This document shows positions 1 to 13,675 of a stretch of 64,000 nucleotides of DNA, piece by piece. The notes beneath the pieces are model-generated. The model was not told the origin of the DNA, did not search any database, and worked only from the letters and a program-made list of their open reading frames with translations. The translations under genes and the position numbers were made by a program. Location: positions 14,198,001-14,262,000 of the forward strand of contig CP075495.1 in assembly GCA_021613535.1 (NCBI GenBank), read 5' to 3'. The DNA comes from Adineta vaga (lineage: Eukaryota > Animalia > Rotifera). Position 1 is the stretch's first letter. The number at the start of each line of letters is the position of its first letter.

Positions 1-345
1 TTCGTTTACTCCATTCGACATAGACACTATCTAGTTTACTATAGAAAAATTGATGATTATATTGTTGAAATAATATATGAATATTCGGATTTGGATCAGT
101 TAATTCCCACTGATGATCAACGACATTCATTGGATGAATCTAGATAAATATTTAAATAGATCCTAGAGAATTTTTGCAACGAATTATTAAGGAAAAACCT
201 GAGTAATTTTATTCAATTGTCCTTCATTTTCTTTTTCTTCATTGTCAAACTGATTTTGTAATTGAAGTGCAATAAGAAAATCTTCATCGTTACTATGATC
301 ATCGAAATCATTTTCCATTGATGAAGATGCTTCGAAATAAGTCAT
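1..345 (-). CDS. SPRTN: SprT-like DNA-protein crosslink protease Spartan, 5' part (exons 345-199 and 139-<1; runs off window)
   Basis: Not in ORF track. Spliced translation MTYFEASSSMENDFDDHSNDEDFLIALQLQNQFD...|IHPMNVVDHQWELTDPNPNIHILFQQYNHQFFYSKLDSVYVEWSKR matches the SPRTN N-terminus (LALRLQ...WELVDPTPDLQALF.QFNDQFF..L..V.V.WS.R). GT-AG intron 198-140. Confidence 0.88.
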
Positions 346-628
346 TGTTTCTACCTGTCACTTGATTAGAACATGTTTCAGACAATCAATAAATAAATAA
401 AAATACATTTATATGTTATGTAAAACACATACATGAGTCATCGTTATTTTTTCTATCGAACATGTGCTTTAAAAATGTCACATAGAAATGTAGAACGATA
501 GAAGGCGTGCGCCGTAGGCAAGCAATAACAACAACACGAATGACTCAATATTTCTTTCGTTTTATTAATTAAGAGATAAAATAAGAATATTTATTATCAT
601 ATTTATATACATGTAAATGATAATATGC

Positions 629-2359
629 TTAATTTGGATTTGCTAGTGCAGCAATCTCCGATGTATCAAGTGCACGACTCCACATTTTAAATTCATCAAT
701 ACTGCCATAATATGGTTGTGCTTGTATAACTGTTCCATTCCTACCTGCCAAAGGATTGCCTAAAGTTACGAAGATAGGCGGTGTTTCTATTGTTGGCATA
801 TATTCAGTTCCAGGACCCGGTACCGAAATTTGAAGTGAACCATTGTAATAAAGCGAGACGTTATTTTGAGAAAAGCTGAAAGTGAAAGCTATGTGACTCC
901 ATTCATTAACAGGGATAGTCGTCGGTGCTTCAAGTGTGAATGATGTTGGGAGTTCTGCTATTATATTGCCTGATGCACTCAAGCCTAAATAAGGTCGTGC
1001 TTGAGATGTGTCATTGATACCCGTAGTTCCAGATAAATAAATCAGTACACAATCACGCAATAAATATGGTAAAATGAAAAATGTAAAGGAAAAATCACTG
1101 TAAGAAGTTGTAAGACTAGTCATACCATGTGTCTAAAAATTAAAATTATTAGATAAAACTGATGTATAAATATGAATGAAAGATAAATACCTGAAAGTAT
1201 GTAACATTGGTAGATATAGAGAATCCATCACCTACACGACCTGCTGTATTGTACATACTACCTGTAATGACTCCATTGTTTTCATACGGTCCTGAATCTA
1301 AATTTACTTGAGGATTTGTAAATGAAAAAGAAGAAAATAAGGATGCATCGTTTGATATTTCACATAAAGATTTAATACGTGTCGTTATAGATACATGATC
1401 AATTTGACCTTCGAAAAATTCTGACGTTCCATATAATGATCCAATATAGAATGAACTATTCTCCGTGGAAACAAGTGTCACATCAAATGTAGAATCTAGT
1501 TTGCCATTAATATAAATTTCTTGTTTTCCTAGATTATGATTATAGATCAGAGCAATATGATACCATCTATTCATCCCAAGATGGGTTCCACTAGAACGTA
1601 GTTCTTCCGAGATAGAGACAATACCATTGGTACCAACACGTAAGGTTAAGTCATTTTGTGATATCAATATCATACTGAAATCAGGAGTGGTCGGACGAAT
1701 CCATAATTCAATAGTAAAACTGGTAGAAGACAAACTAATGTAAGGTACTACAATGTGTGATGAACTTCCAACTGCAAGATGAATAGCCGCATTGATATAT
1801 CCATTATTATCGATGAGAGCACCATTCATCATTGTTCCATGATAAGATCCTTTAGCATCGGTTGCATCATGATCAAAACGCCAGAGTGCTATAAGATCAG
1901 TATCGAATGAAGGAAACTCACCAGTTACACAGGTCGTGGCTAAAATAAAAATAAAAATGAAATATCATTTTAAAACGTTGTTCAATACAAACGTGTTTCG
2001 GTATTCGCTTTTTTAGTCGTAGTTTCTTCTGACTGATCAGTAACAACTAATGAATCATTAGTTGTATAAATAACGTGGCCAAGAAATGAATTTAATATTC
2101 CATACATGGAATTGTATATAGTACAACTATTTTCAGTAGAATTATACATAACCATTTGACAAACAGTTGATCTTAAACACATGATTGGACAATCCAATGC
2201 GTTCATAACCATTAACTCATCAATAATAGATTTGCTAGCACTTGGACTGAATGAAACATCGGGTACAACTTTTAGATATAATTCATTAATTTCATTGGTA
2301 AAAGCAAATGAATAATACGTTAAGAGATGTAACGAAAAAAACCATATATATTTCAGCAT
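629..2359 (-). CDS. Secreted PAN/apple-like plus tandem LamG (concanavalin A-like) domain protein; exons 2359-1993, 1939-1191, 1132-629
   Basis: Hydrophobic N-terminus; C-x3-C-x5-C...YN...C PAN-like pattern; two LamG motifs (SFTIELWIRP...WYHIALIY...IYING...FEGQIDHV and WSHIAFTF...LYYNG...YYGSIDEFKMWSRAL); short GT-AG introns join the three ORFs. Confidence 0.8.
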
Positions 2360-3572
2360 ATTTATTTTTCAAATAATAAAAGTTTTTTCTCTATAAGTAA
2401 TATTTGTTGCATGTTCAGTAATTTATAACTCTCTTTGTATATTATATTTAGCTATATTTTCAAACAGTGGTGCATTTTTGAAGAATAGGTAATTTTAAGT
2501 TAAAGATCTTTTGAAGAATTAATCATTTTAATAATGAATAATTCCGTAAACGTCGGCTGTGTTTTCTTTGAAAAATAAAATTCTCCTCTCATTTACATAG
2601 ATTTTTCTTATTTTTTTTTCATACTTTATGTACAAACGTTTCGTTAAAGTTCTACATCACTTTTCTCATGATTACCGATGAGAAATATTTATTTTATTAA
2701 ACTTAACTGGTATAAGGATGGCAATTTAGCTTTAACATAACTTACAAAAAATGATAAAAGTTTTCAGTTTGACTTTTATCTTGAAAATGAAATCGAAAGC
2801 TTAGAATGATTACACTTTGTTTTAGTCTTAAAGTTTATGTAAGCATTCTAGTTTTAAGATTTAAAATCAAAATGTTAACGCTAAGTGAGACTTGTTATAC
2901 GGAAAAGAGGAACGAATCTAAGGTCTGAACAATGAGGGAATATCTTATTAATCGGATCCGTGTGGAAATCTGAATATTTATTTGCATAATGATTGTTTTA
3001 TTTATTGTATACGAATTTTTTCTATAAGTAGTATTGATGTTCTTAAAACAGGTAGTCACAGATCTACTGAATTTTTCTATTAATCATCATACTAGTAATG
3101 ATTTCAATATGATTATATGTGATTCTAATTTTGAGACTTATATGACACCTGTACCTGTTCTGTTCGCACTGCAGGGAGAATGGGTCGAAGTGACAGGCAG
3201 GACATAATGAAAATGTTTGTCCTGTGCTCACGTCAGATTTCAATGTACTATGATCTAGTAAACTAAACTCTCACTCTTCGAATACCGTATCTCGTTACTT
3301 TAATATGATCACAGAAAACGTGAGTATATGATAAACATATCTTACTCATTTTGACAAGTTATATAGACACAAAAAGAAGGAGGAATGAAATTGTTTATAA
3401 TACAAATAGATTAATTCATATCGAAAATCGCAACTTCGTTTATTTGTTTGAATATAGGAATTACTAATTGTCAGAGTAAAAGTCTGTAAATCGTAATGAT
3501 CATATTTGTATATCTTGTCTTTTTTTCGATGAAGCAAACCTTATTTCAGTATAAATTATTCCTAGTTTTCTT

Positions 3573-4489
3573 TTACGTGTGTAAAAAACTGCGTTGTAAA
3601 ACAAAGAGAGCAATAAAAAATGAGAGGAAATCATTAAAATATTTAAATAGAACAGATGCATTATTTGTTGTTGCTGTAGTCACAGATGTTGTTGTTGTTG
3701 AAATCGTTGTTGTCGTTGTTAAGTTAAGTACAGATACATTCAATGGTAAAATATATTCACGTGATAGCCATTGAAAGGTTTCGATGATCGACGCATTTGA
3801 TGCACAATGTGGCTTGTTACAAGTAAATACACCTGTATCCCTCGACTGTTGTCGATTATTAGGCAAAAAACTCTGAAGCCAGTTAATCTCGAAGAAATCT
3901 GTCACACCCCGACATCACTAGAAATACGGTATGGATTACTCTGTGTTGGATTTACTCGTGGATAACCGCCTAGACAAAATGTCGTATTTTGTGGACATGA
4001 ATTACCGTTCGAACATTAAACAGGATCAGTATTGTTTGCTTCGTAAAGACGGTTAACAAGTGTTTCATGAATTGATTTTACTGATGCTACATTCCATGAT
4101 AACGATAATGTTTCTCTCACAAAATCAATATCGCAATAATCACTTACAGAACATGTATAATCAATATCAATGATCACAGAACTATAATTCAATGGGAAAT
4201 GTGTTCTAACATCAAGTTGATTGTCCAAATAATAAAGTAACTGTGGTTTAGTCATAAACGATCCGTTGACCATACCACTCATCAAATCTATCTTGAATTG
4301 CACTGCACAAGTTTGATTCGTATCATTATTTGATTCATCTGATGATGAACACTAATCTGAACGAATTGATGCATTTAGTTGCAGTCCTTGAAAAGTACAG
4401 TTTTTCCAACATTGACGTGATTCGGCATATGGTACCACAAATAATAGTATTAAAAAAATGGTAGACTCCGTAATCCAATTTTTCATCAT
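3573..4489 (-). pseudogene. Disrupted gene for a Cys-rich secreted or GPI-type surface protein
   Basis: ATG at 4489 gives signal peptide MMKNWITESTIFLILLFVVPYAES-RQCWKNC. In-frame TAG at 4354-4352 and TAA at 4018-4016, then a frame change near 3905-3950 into the Thr-rich stalk and hydrophobic C-terminus. Confidence 0.7.
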
Positions 4490-6313
4490 GTTAATAAAAT
4501 ATTTATTGCGAAAAACTATGGAAATCTTGAACCTATAAATATATTTTGTATTTTTCGTTTCCTTGTGTCAATATGTAATATCTGGTACAATAACTGCGTC
4601 AGACGCAATCGGTATCAACAACAAAAACAACGGTTGCTAACAGTAACGTCACGGAGAGAATAATATCTGACGTTACTTCATATTATTCACTCGGTGATTA
4701 TGAATATCCAATGTTGATTTTGTATGGTGAGAGTGCGATTAGTCATTCCCTAGATTAAGTATACCGGGTTAGAGAACACATAATTAGAGGATTTTTTAAA
4801 TAGTTTTGATATAAACAATCTTTTATGCTATTTTTCTTGATGTTTTATAAACCATTGCGTGAACCGTAATTTAGAAAAGGTAGTCCTAAAATATAATTGC
4901 AGGCGCATACAGTATGTACGGGGATGAAATTAAAATTAAAATAAACTGTTTCAGTTTTTGTAGTGTTATGCCGATAAGATATATAACACGCTCGGTCATT
5001 CTCCAATCTCCATCGGTCAAGAATATGTCTGATGATCGTTTAACGTACAGGTCATGACCGATTGCAGCTGCTGCGGTATTACAAAAAAAATGCACCACAT
5101 CCGTAAATATAAATGGAGGACTGGGAGAGAGAACTAACAAAACAACACCTCTCACAATGGCTACCATCTAAAATATCACAATTCAAACGAAATCCGTATC
5201 ACATCAAAACTAATCGAAACACCCTCACCTAGCTCTTGTTATTGCCATGGCTAAGAAGACAAAGAAAATTAAGATAACTACCTGTAGTCGCTTATTCTTT
5301 TCTGAAACAACTGGAATAGTATTTGAAACATTCATATACTTTGAGAAATTATGACTGGACACACCACTATTATTATTATTATTATTTTATGCGAATTATA
5401 AGACGTTCCCAAGTGACGATCAGAAAAGAATAAAAGAAGCCCATCTAATCATTATTCGACAAAATGTTAAATATAGAAAAGGTTTGAAGACATGTCACGG
5501 TCATTTTCGAAGGCAACCGCGACCATCTATTCATTTTAACTCAATGATCATTGGAAACACAGATTAGATTTTGCCTTCGATTTGTTGCATTTATCTTGGA
5601 GAAGAGATGCAAGACCGTCCAGCACTTTGAATCTTGGTGACAGATCCGATTCCTACCATCAGCAGCATCTTTGTTCATTTTTGAAACGGTATATGTAATT
5701 CAGCAATTTATAAATCTATTTATACACGTCGATATATTTTTCTCTATGAAATAAATTGATGCTTGTACGTTTACATGTATTGACTTTTGCACTTGTGCTG
5801 CGATATTTAAAATTCTGATTCGTCAATAGCCGATTAAAACTACAAGATGCATGTGTTAGTTTTGTTTATTTGTTTCAAACTACTTATTTGTTGACCAAGC
5901 AAACGGCCAGTGAGGCAAAAGAAAGATGAAAATCGAAAGATAGAATCCTATCTTTCAGACAAAAAAGAATACAGAAAGAAGACTAACACAGACAAACATA
6001 TAGAAACACCAAAAAAAAAGAAACATTAAATAATACAGACAATGATCAAGTTATCTTGTCTTTCTTTTGTTTCGATTCTCTTTCTGATCTGACTAGAGCG
6101 ATTTATAAATTTCATGCTGGAATGATACGAAACAAGAAAAGAGTTGTAAACTTCAAGACTGAGAAAGAGAAAAAAAGCGAAAGTCAGCATTGAAGAATAT
6201 TTTGTATACAGATAACTGACATAAATCGCATTTGATTTAATACAGAAATACAAATAGTTGCAAAGAAAGATACAAGATAACAATTAATCAATTGTTTGTT
6301 CTTTTTCTTTTAT

Positions 6314-9300
6314 TTAAATGACCGTATTTTCGACGGCATTCGCTGTTGCATCTTCTTGAAAATCTTCTTTCATAATATGTAACATTTGATGATCATCAAA
6401 GGAATCTTTTTCAGTAGCATTAAACGTACAAAATGAACATGTATAAATATCTTCAATGGTTTTCGGTAATGTATGATGAATTACATGTTGTTCAAATGAT
6501 GGACGATTATTAGTTGAATATGGACATGAGGAACAATAATATGTTGAAATATCCATTGTATGTGTAGTATTATTATTTGGATCATCTTCATGTTTACTAC
6601 CATTTTCGTGAACTATAGAATTTGCATAAAAAAGTGAATGAGAAGAATCTATAAGAATAACATACCTAACCACTTTTTCACAATAACAGTTGCATCATCG
6701 GATTTATTAATTATTAATGGTTCAAGAACGTTTGTCAACGATGCTAAACTACTACCATGTGTTGACATCATATGTTTTCGTATACTTGCACGCCATTTTG
6801 ATAAGAAAAAACATTGTGAACATTGAAAACCACCACCATCAGTTCCACAATGAATTTCGACATGACGATGAATATTTGATGGATTTGTACATTCATATGA
6901 ACAAGCAGAACATCCATACAAACGTTCTGGATGAGATGATTGTGATGAATTTGTTGATGTTGCTGGTGCAAATGATGGAGCATTATCAATATCTTTTAAT
7001 TTAGTATTGATTACATCAGATGACTAGAAATATGCGAAAACAAAAGCGTTGTGTACTTATCTGACAATGATATATATATATATTTTGTTTTTGAAAATAC
7101 CTGATGATATTGTTGATGATCATTTTCATTTGTTATTTTCATTTTGTTATTATTCGTAGTAAGAATTTGTTGTTCTTCCTGGTCATCTCTATTCGATAAC
7201 AATGATAGTTGGTTAGCAGCAGCAGCGGCCGTCGCTACTTCCAGACCAAGATCAATAACATGACCGGAATAATCACCTGGATGCATTCGTTTTAAATGCT
7301 TTTTAACATTGCCTTAAATTTAATAATGAATAAATTATTTTGATATATAAATTAAACTGAATGTTTATTACCTCCCCAAGCAGATACATGAGAACAAAGC
7401 GAACATTTATATCGTTTTACTAATGGTGCTTTTTCCGTTTGAAATTGTTGTTGTTGAAGTAGTTGTTTATTGGTTAATTGTCCAAGTAGAGTAGCAAGCG
7501 ATGCGGCAACATTATTGTTCATTAATGATGTTGGAAGATTTTCCAAGAAACTATTTGTCGTATTTGTTTTTCTTGTTGCCATGGCTGTATTGATCAATTG
7601 TTTAAGCATTTCTTCACTATTTGCATCATTTTGTTGATTTTCAGTTTCATCATAATCTTCATCGACATTTGAGGGTGTAGTTTCTGTCGTATTCGATGAG
7701 ACACTATTCGCAGGAAAATCTGATTCCATATCATCATTATCTTCAATAATCTAATTAAAAGCAATAAATATTGATATGCAAAGAAAAGAAGAGAGAGAGA
7801 GAGAGAGGTAAATGTTTTTACTTGATTATTAATATTATCGATAATTTTAGCATTTGATCCATCATTTTCATGCACATTTCGAATATGTCGAAGAATAACC
7901 CAAAGATTATAAGATTGGAGTGAACATGCTGAACATGAAAAAGCTTTCGGTATTGTTACAGTTGAATTATCTTGGTCAGATGATAAGGAAGCTTTTGTTG
8001 CTGTCATTGGTTCACCAGTGGTATTGGATGATGTCAATGGTTTATCCATTTCAAGTATAATATCAGACATTTGATCTGTATCAGATGGATGTTTAGCACG
8101 TATATGACGTTCGATTATCCATCGATGTGGTGCTAAACGTTCACAACGTATACATTTGTAGATACGAGATGATATTGGTCCAACACTAGATAATTGATGT
8201 TGAGTAGTTGTATTTTTTGTTGTTAAATGTTCAGAATCGATGATTGATAAGGAAGGTTCGTTTGGCGAGAGCAAATCTATTCAAACGAAAGATTTATTAG
8301 AAGCGTTATGTCTAAAAATGAATTTTGATTAGCAAACCTCTTGGTGTTGAATCACTATCTGTATTTAATGTTGATGATGTGTCAACAGTTAATGGTCGTT
8401 GTGATGGCATTGATATTTTTGGTCGTCGTATGATTGGACCATCTTCTTCATTATTACTTGCTTTTGTACTTTGAGTTCGTTTTCTTTTTGTACTAACAAC
8501 GGATTGTTGTTGAGTATCATTGGGATCAATTGGTAAAATATTTGATGGTAAATTCGCATGTTTCCATGTTTGATGTTTTTTCACATCACCTGAATTGGCT
8601 GAAGAAAATGTACAATAACCGCAACGAAATGCATGTGATGAATTTGGTTGCTGCTGTTGTTGTTGTTGTTGTTGCGGTTGAGGCAATGAGTGTCGAGATT
8701 GAGTAGGTGTTCCATTGGATGGTATTGATGCCAATGATGGTGTTAATGGACATGATAAGAGTTCTTTCAATTCATTAATTGTCATTGCATTTGGTTGAAA
8801 TTCACTGATATATTCACGTAAAGATTCAATATTATCTCCAATCATGCGATCCGAATGTTTTTTTCGAATATGAAATGAACCTAATATGGAAATGAATCGA
8901 ATACGAATAAGTTTCATTTCGTATGAATAAACTTACAATCGCCTCGATATCGATAAAGTCTATTACAAATTAGACAACGAAAATTTTTATCACTTAAATG
9001 ATTAGTAAGAACATGTTTACGAAATGCTTCCGAATCAACTGATGTAAATGAACAAAATGGACAATCAGTAAATTTCATTCCTGCTGTGTCAAAGTTCATC
9101 TTTGCATTTTGTTCAATTGTATTATTGATTGAATTTCCACGTGCTGATAGACGATTCGATTGTACTTTGGATTCATCTAGAAGATAGAAACGAAGGAAAA
9201 AATAAGCGTTCAATTGATCCAATCAGTCAATAAATACCATTGGACATCTGTTGCATTGGATGTTCGTCGGTTAAATGTTTTTTAACTTTGCCAGGATATT

Positions 9301-9734
9301 GACTCGCATAATCACAAAATGGACATTCAGTGATAACAAGTTGTTCACTATGTGCCATTTGACGATGGTTAAAATATGCTTTCACACTATGTGTCGAGAA
9401 TGGACATGATTTACATGAATATCGTCTATCATAACTTTTATTTGGCGATGAACGAACCGGCGAAGAATTTAGTGGTGAATGAGAAGTATTCAGCGGTGAA
9501 CGACTTTGTGATTGCTGAAGAACAAAAACAAATTGATTTCATGTAAAGATTAGAAGGAAAGATTAGATATACCGTTTGAGATTTAGCATAGAGTGGACTA
9601 TTTCGAATAGATTTATTTGCCTGTTGTTGTTGTTGTTTAGCTGGTGATTGAATAAGATTATTTTCATGATCTAAAAGTAATTTGGATGATTTAAGATTTG
9701 ACTTTTTTTCTTTATTCACCTTCAAGATGCTGTT
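6314..9734 (-). CDS. Multi-C2H2 zinc-finger transcription factor, at least 9 exons (9734-9573, 9514-9238, 9176-8937, 8880-8338, 8276-7822, 7750-7372, 7312-7101, 7023-6666, 6612-6314); first exon uncertain, candidate 10670-10638 (MSIYIGEKKRS)
   Basis: More than 10 CxxC...HxxxH fingers (e.g. FRCGYCTFSSANSGDVKKHQTWKH, YGCSACSYECTNPSNIHRHVEIH) separated by Q/S/T-rich linkers; GT-AG introns located at each junction, with frame verified at several. Confidence 0.85.
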
Positions 9735-10262
9735 CTAAATCGGGTAAATTGTCACAATTGAAAATACACATTGGACAAATATAGGCTGTAGCCATGTTTC
9801 TACTGAAGTAAGTATATTGTGAATCTTTTCTCTTTTGTTTTCTTTATTTGTATAAAATCTAAAAGAAATAATCTGGCACGTGTTAATCTGTATGGTTGTA
9901 ATGTTTTCTTTTTGAAACAATGATAAATGTTGATATCAAATAGCAGCCAAATAAAGACGAGAAGAAAATAAATGGCAATGTATGAATCGGACAAGTTCAA
10001 GACAAGAATGGAAGAAAAGAATTGAAAATTTGCTAAATGTCAAAATTTTTATTCATTTAATGGCAAGTATAGAGAATGACGATCGATCAGTTTAGAAAAG
10101 GAAGAAGACGAGAACGAAGACGAAGGAAAAAACAGGAATGAAATGACTGAATGAATCAAAGTATAGAATGATATATCCTCGATAGTTTATGCCTGTTGAA
10201 ACGAGAGAGAGAGAAGAGAAAAAAATAAAGAACGAGAAGAAAATTTCCAGAAGAACTATTGT

Positions 10263-10290
10263 ATATATATATATATATAGATAGATAGAT
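10263..10290. repeat. (TA)n/(GATA)n microsatellite
   Basis: atatatatatatatatagatagatagat seen directly. Confidence 0.8.
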
Positions 10291-11987
10291 ATGTATGCAT
10301 GTACGTGTAGCGCGCGGCTTGGATAGCTAACTGTAGTTCAATTTTGATTATCGATAGAAAAAGAAAAGGATAGAACAACAAGATTTTTTTTACATTTGCT
10401 AATAGAAATATTTAATTAAAATCTCGAGCGGAAAAGAAAGAAAAACACAGGGTTAATTTTGTTTCTAGAATTTCACCAAGATCAATTCTTGGAGAAAGAA
10501 AGAACGAAGAAGAAGAAGAAAAAAAGAATTCAAAATGTACAACGTTCACCTTTAAGATATACATATGAATATGTATAGGATAGAAATGGAAGAAAAATGA
10601 CCTGTCCTCTCTTTTCGACCGGCAGAGAAATACCTACCGATCTTTTTTTTTCTCCTATATATATGGACATGTACTATCGTTCTTTATTGCTTATAACGTC
10701 TCGAATTCTTGTTAATCTTCATCATTATCATCATAAATAAAATTCATTTGCCCTAGACTACAATATACACTTATTTAGAAAGGACTAGAAGTCGCACAGT
10801 TAATCTGAAAGAAAAGAGTTGAAATCGATTCTTTAGAATATGTAGACAGAGAATAAGACGTGATTTAAAATAGTTTTCATAAGTAACGGAAAGAATTGGA
10901 AGAAGAAAAAATAAATCACAAACGATTTTATATATTTTTTCTATTCGTTTGTCTATCGATGTGCGAATGGTAGAATAGTTACATTTGCACAACAATATAA
11001 CATTTTGCTATTTTATTCATTTCTCTTTTTCTTTTTCAATATTTTATCCTGTTACAAAGTTCTCTTGAGTAAAGAAGAAGAAAAAAAACCCGATAATGTC
11101 AAATCCTTGGTATTTACACATATCAATTGATTTTGTTCAAATTTCCGCTGAGTTTCAATTAAAAGTAACAATATTCTAGTCTATTCTTTTGTTTTAAAAA
11201 GAAAATTTCTGTCAACTGAAAGTAGCTAATGAAATAAAACATGTATCAAAACAACTGTGTCAATATTTGATTATTATTAAATAAAACATTCAACTTCACA
11301 TCTCAATATTAAAATTCTTTATCTAACAATTGAAAAACAAAACAAAACAAAAAAAAGAAGTCTATATGTCAATTGACAATAACTATCTATTCTAATTAGT
11401 TTTGAACTTTTCTTTCTTTTAGATCATATTTGTTTCGATTGAAATGTCAGTCATTTATGATTGTTTACATATTCTAAAAGATTTGAGAAATACCAGAATC
11501 ATAGAAATTACATACTCGTTTTTCTTTTTATACTTAATTGACATTTTCTTCAATCAAATCAGAATAAAGAATATTCTTCTGTAAGACATGATCAAAACAG
11601 CTTGTAAGAACTATTTTGCATCGAATGAACTTATCAATAGACAGTAATTTTCTTTGAGAATACTTCATTTCTATGCATGAAGTAATTGTTATTTCACTAA
11701 GTTTATCAGCTCTCGAAAGAATTCTCATAAATATATCTCAATCACTTTGTTTTTCTCTTCAATCTTTGCTTCAAGAAAAAAAGTAATCGAATAAAAACTG
11801 TCAAATAATGATACCTAGAAATTTGATATCAGAAGAGAGAATTTATATATAGTGTTTTATGGATCTATTATGAATAAGTACCTGATTTAAAGAGAGTATT
11901 GATGAATATTTTATTGTTAAACTGATAAATATCTCAATAGATGTCCACTTTTATATTTCACAATATCGATATACAATGACACATTAT

Positions 11988-12142
11988 TCTCAATATGATT
12001 TATTAAAATTGAAGAGAAATTTCATTATTCCTATACCATATATTTCTATGTGTCTAATATATGTTAATACACTTTGTTGATGAATTCAGAAAATAAACAG
12101 CAAAGTTAATCTAGATACAAGACGGTTGTGTTAAAATTCATT
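11988..12142. repeat. Diverged, internally deleted duplicate of 13390-13688 (NXF1 stop/3' flank)
   Basis: Colinear shared blocks tctcaatatgatttatta(a/g)aattgaagagaaa(t/c)ttcattattcctat, taatacactttgttgatgaa(t/c)tcagaaaa and aagacggttgt. Confidence 0.8.
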
Positions 12143-12550
12143 CTATCCTGACGCATAAATCATAGTTCTATACATACAACCAAAAACATCCATCGTTGGC
12201 ATTTGTTATTTAAATAAAAAGAGAAAATTTCTGTTCATAAAAGAAAACGTAACGAGAAAAATTATCATCATCATCAATATAAATTAAAGATCCATCGGAT
12301 GAAAGTAATGACGAAATAAACATAGATTATGATAGTTTTTTCGTTTTATTCTTTTATATAAATGCTTTAAATAAGTTCTGGTGACGATTCTGAAAAAGAA
12401 GAAAATTTCGATGTTCAATCAATTGTTGCTCTCAACTTATTTGTGTCAAATCTCAATGGAATTCGAAACTATGCATTCAATACAATTAATTCAATTGCAT
12501 GAGATCACAATAGCAATGGTTTGAAAAATTTTTAATTTTCTCTTTTTCAG

Positions 12551-12920
12551 AAATTCTTGTTGATATGTGCTGGACGCCATTATTATCAACATTTATTCTA
12601 TTAACATATGAACCAATGAATGTTTTACCAATAACAGCAATTAGTTCGCATATTTATATAAATTACTACAGAGATCTTTATCTTGATCAGTATTACGTCC
12701 CATCAAAGTTTGAAGCGACATTGGAATATCCACTGAATTAGTCAGTGTCATATTCATAATATTCCATACCAGTTCGATAGATTTCAACATTTGAATAACT
12801 CATTTCAAAATGATGATATCTTTGGTAAAGTTCGTTATGCATCAATGGTGGAAGAACAATCATTCGAATGTAATTACAGTTTTACTTAGCTAGTCTTATT
12901 GCAACGAAACCATGTGTTTA
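12551..12920 (+). pseudogene. Possible decayed coding relic of a lineage-expanded family
   Basis: After a tttttcag acceptor the frame reads ILVDMCWTPLLSTFILLT..., recalling a DMCW motif of uncharacterised bdelloid proteins (from memory); stops and frame breaks follow. Confidence 0.25.
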
Positions 12921-13675
12921 AATTGAATGTTCTCAATTCTTTTTTTCTAATCGATCTCATGCATTTGAAACGTCAACTGAATAAAGAAAAAATTGAGAGA
13001 AATAGATTATGAGAAAACAGTGAGCATTTCTTATTTCGAAACATTTAGTCTGAAATCCTACACAATTGCATTACATTGAACACTACATTTTATTACATCT
13101 GTAATGTCTTCTTGCTTTTTTGGCACAATAGTGTCTTGTAATATGCTCTACATATATCTTCCCGATGAACACATTATCAAAGTGTTTATTGAGTTGAGTT
13201 ACTAACTGTGAGTATAGTAAAAATAATTTTCAAGCGATTTATCATTCTAATTGTCTGATACTTACCAAAGAAAACTAAATCAATGTTTTGTCTAAGATTT
13301 TCTTCCAAGGATGCAAAAGGTTTTCTAGCGAGAAGAGAAGCCGGTTTTGGGGAGAGCGCACTATCATATCAACTGCAGAAACTGCAACTCTCAATATGAT
13401 TTATTAGAATTGAAGAGAAACTTCATTATTCCTATCTTATGCCATACATTACTGTGCGTCTACGTGAGAATTGAGTGTTTTCTTTTTTCCAGTTTATTGT
13501 TTGTTTTAGTACATATACACTAATACACTTTGTTGATGAACTCAGAAAAAAAACAATCATAGAAAAACGTGAACAATCTGGTTTCAAAGTACAACAAAGT
13601 TATTATATAAAAAAAAAAATCAAAATTCAGCTCAATCTCTATACAGAGATACGGTCTAGAAATAAGACGGTTGTA

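Noticed and set aside
3145-3235. CAGGACA...TGTCCTG short inverted repeat as a MITE
   Set aside because: Too short and degenerate; no target-site duplication or second copy in the window.
3573-4489. TAA/TAG-to-Gln codon reassignment explaining the in-frame stops
   Set aside because: Other genes in the window end normally at TAA/TAG, and this locus also has a frameshift.
4886-5700. 93-aa ORF and slightly GC-richer tract as a retroelement or gene
   Set aside because: No recognisable domain, terminal repeat or splice-consistent frame.
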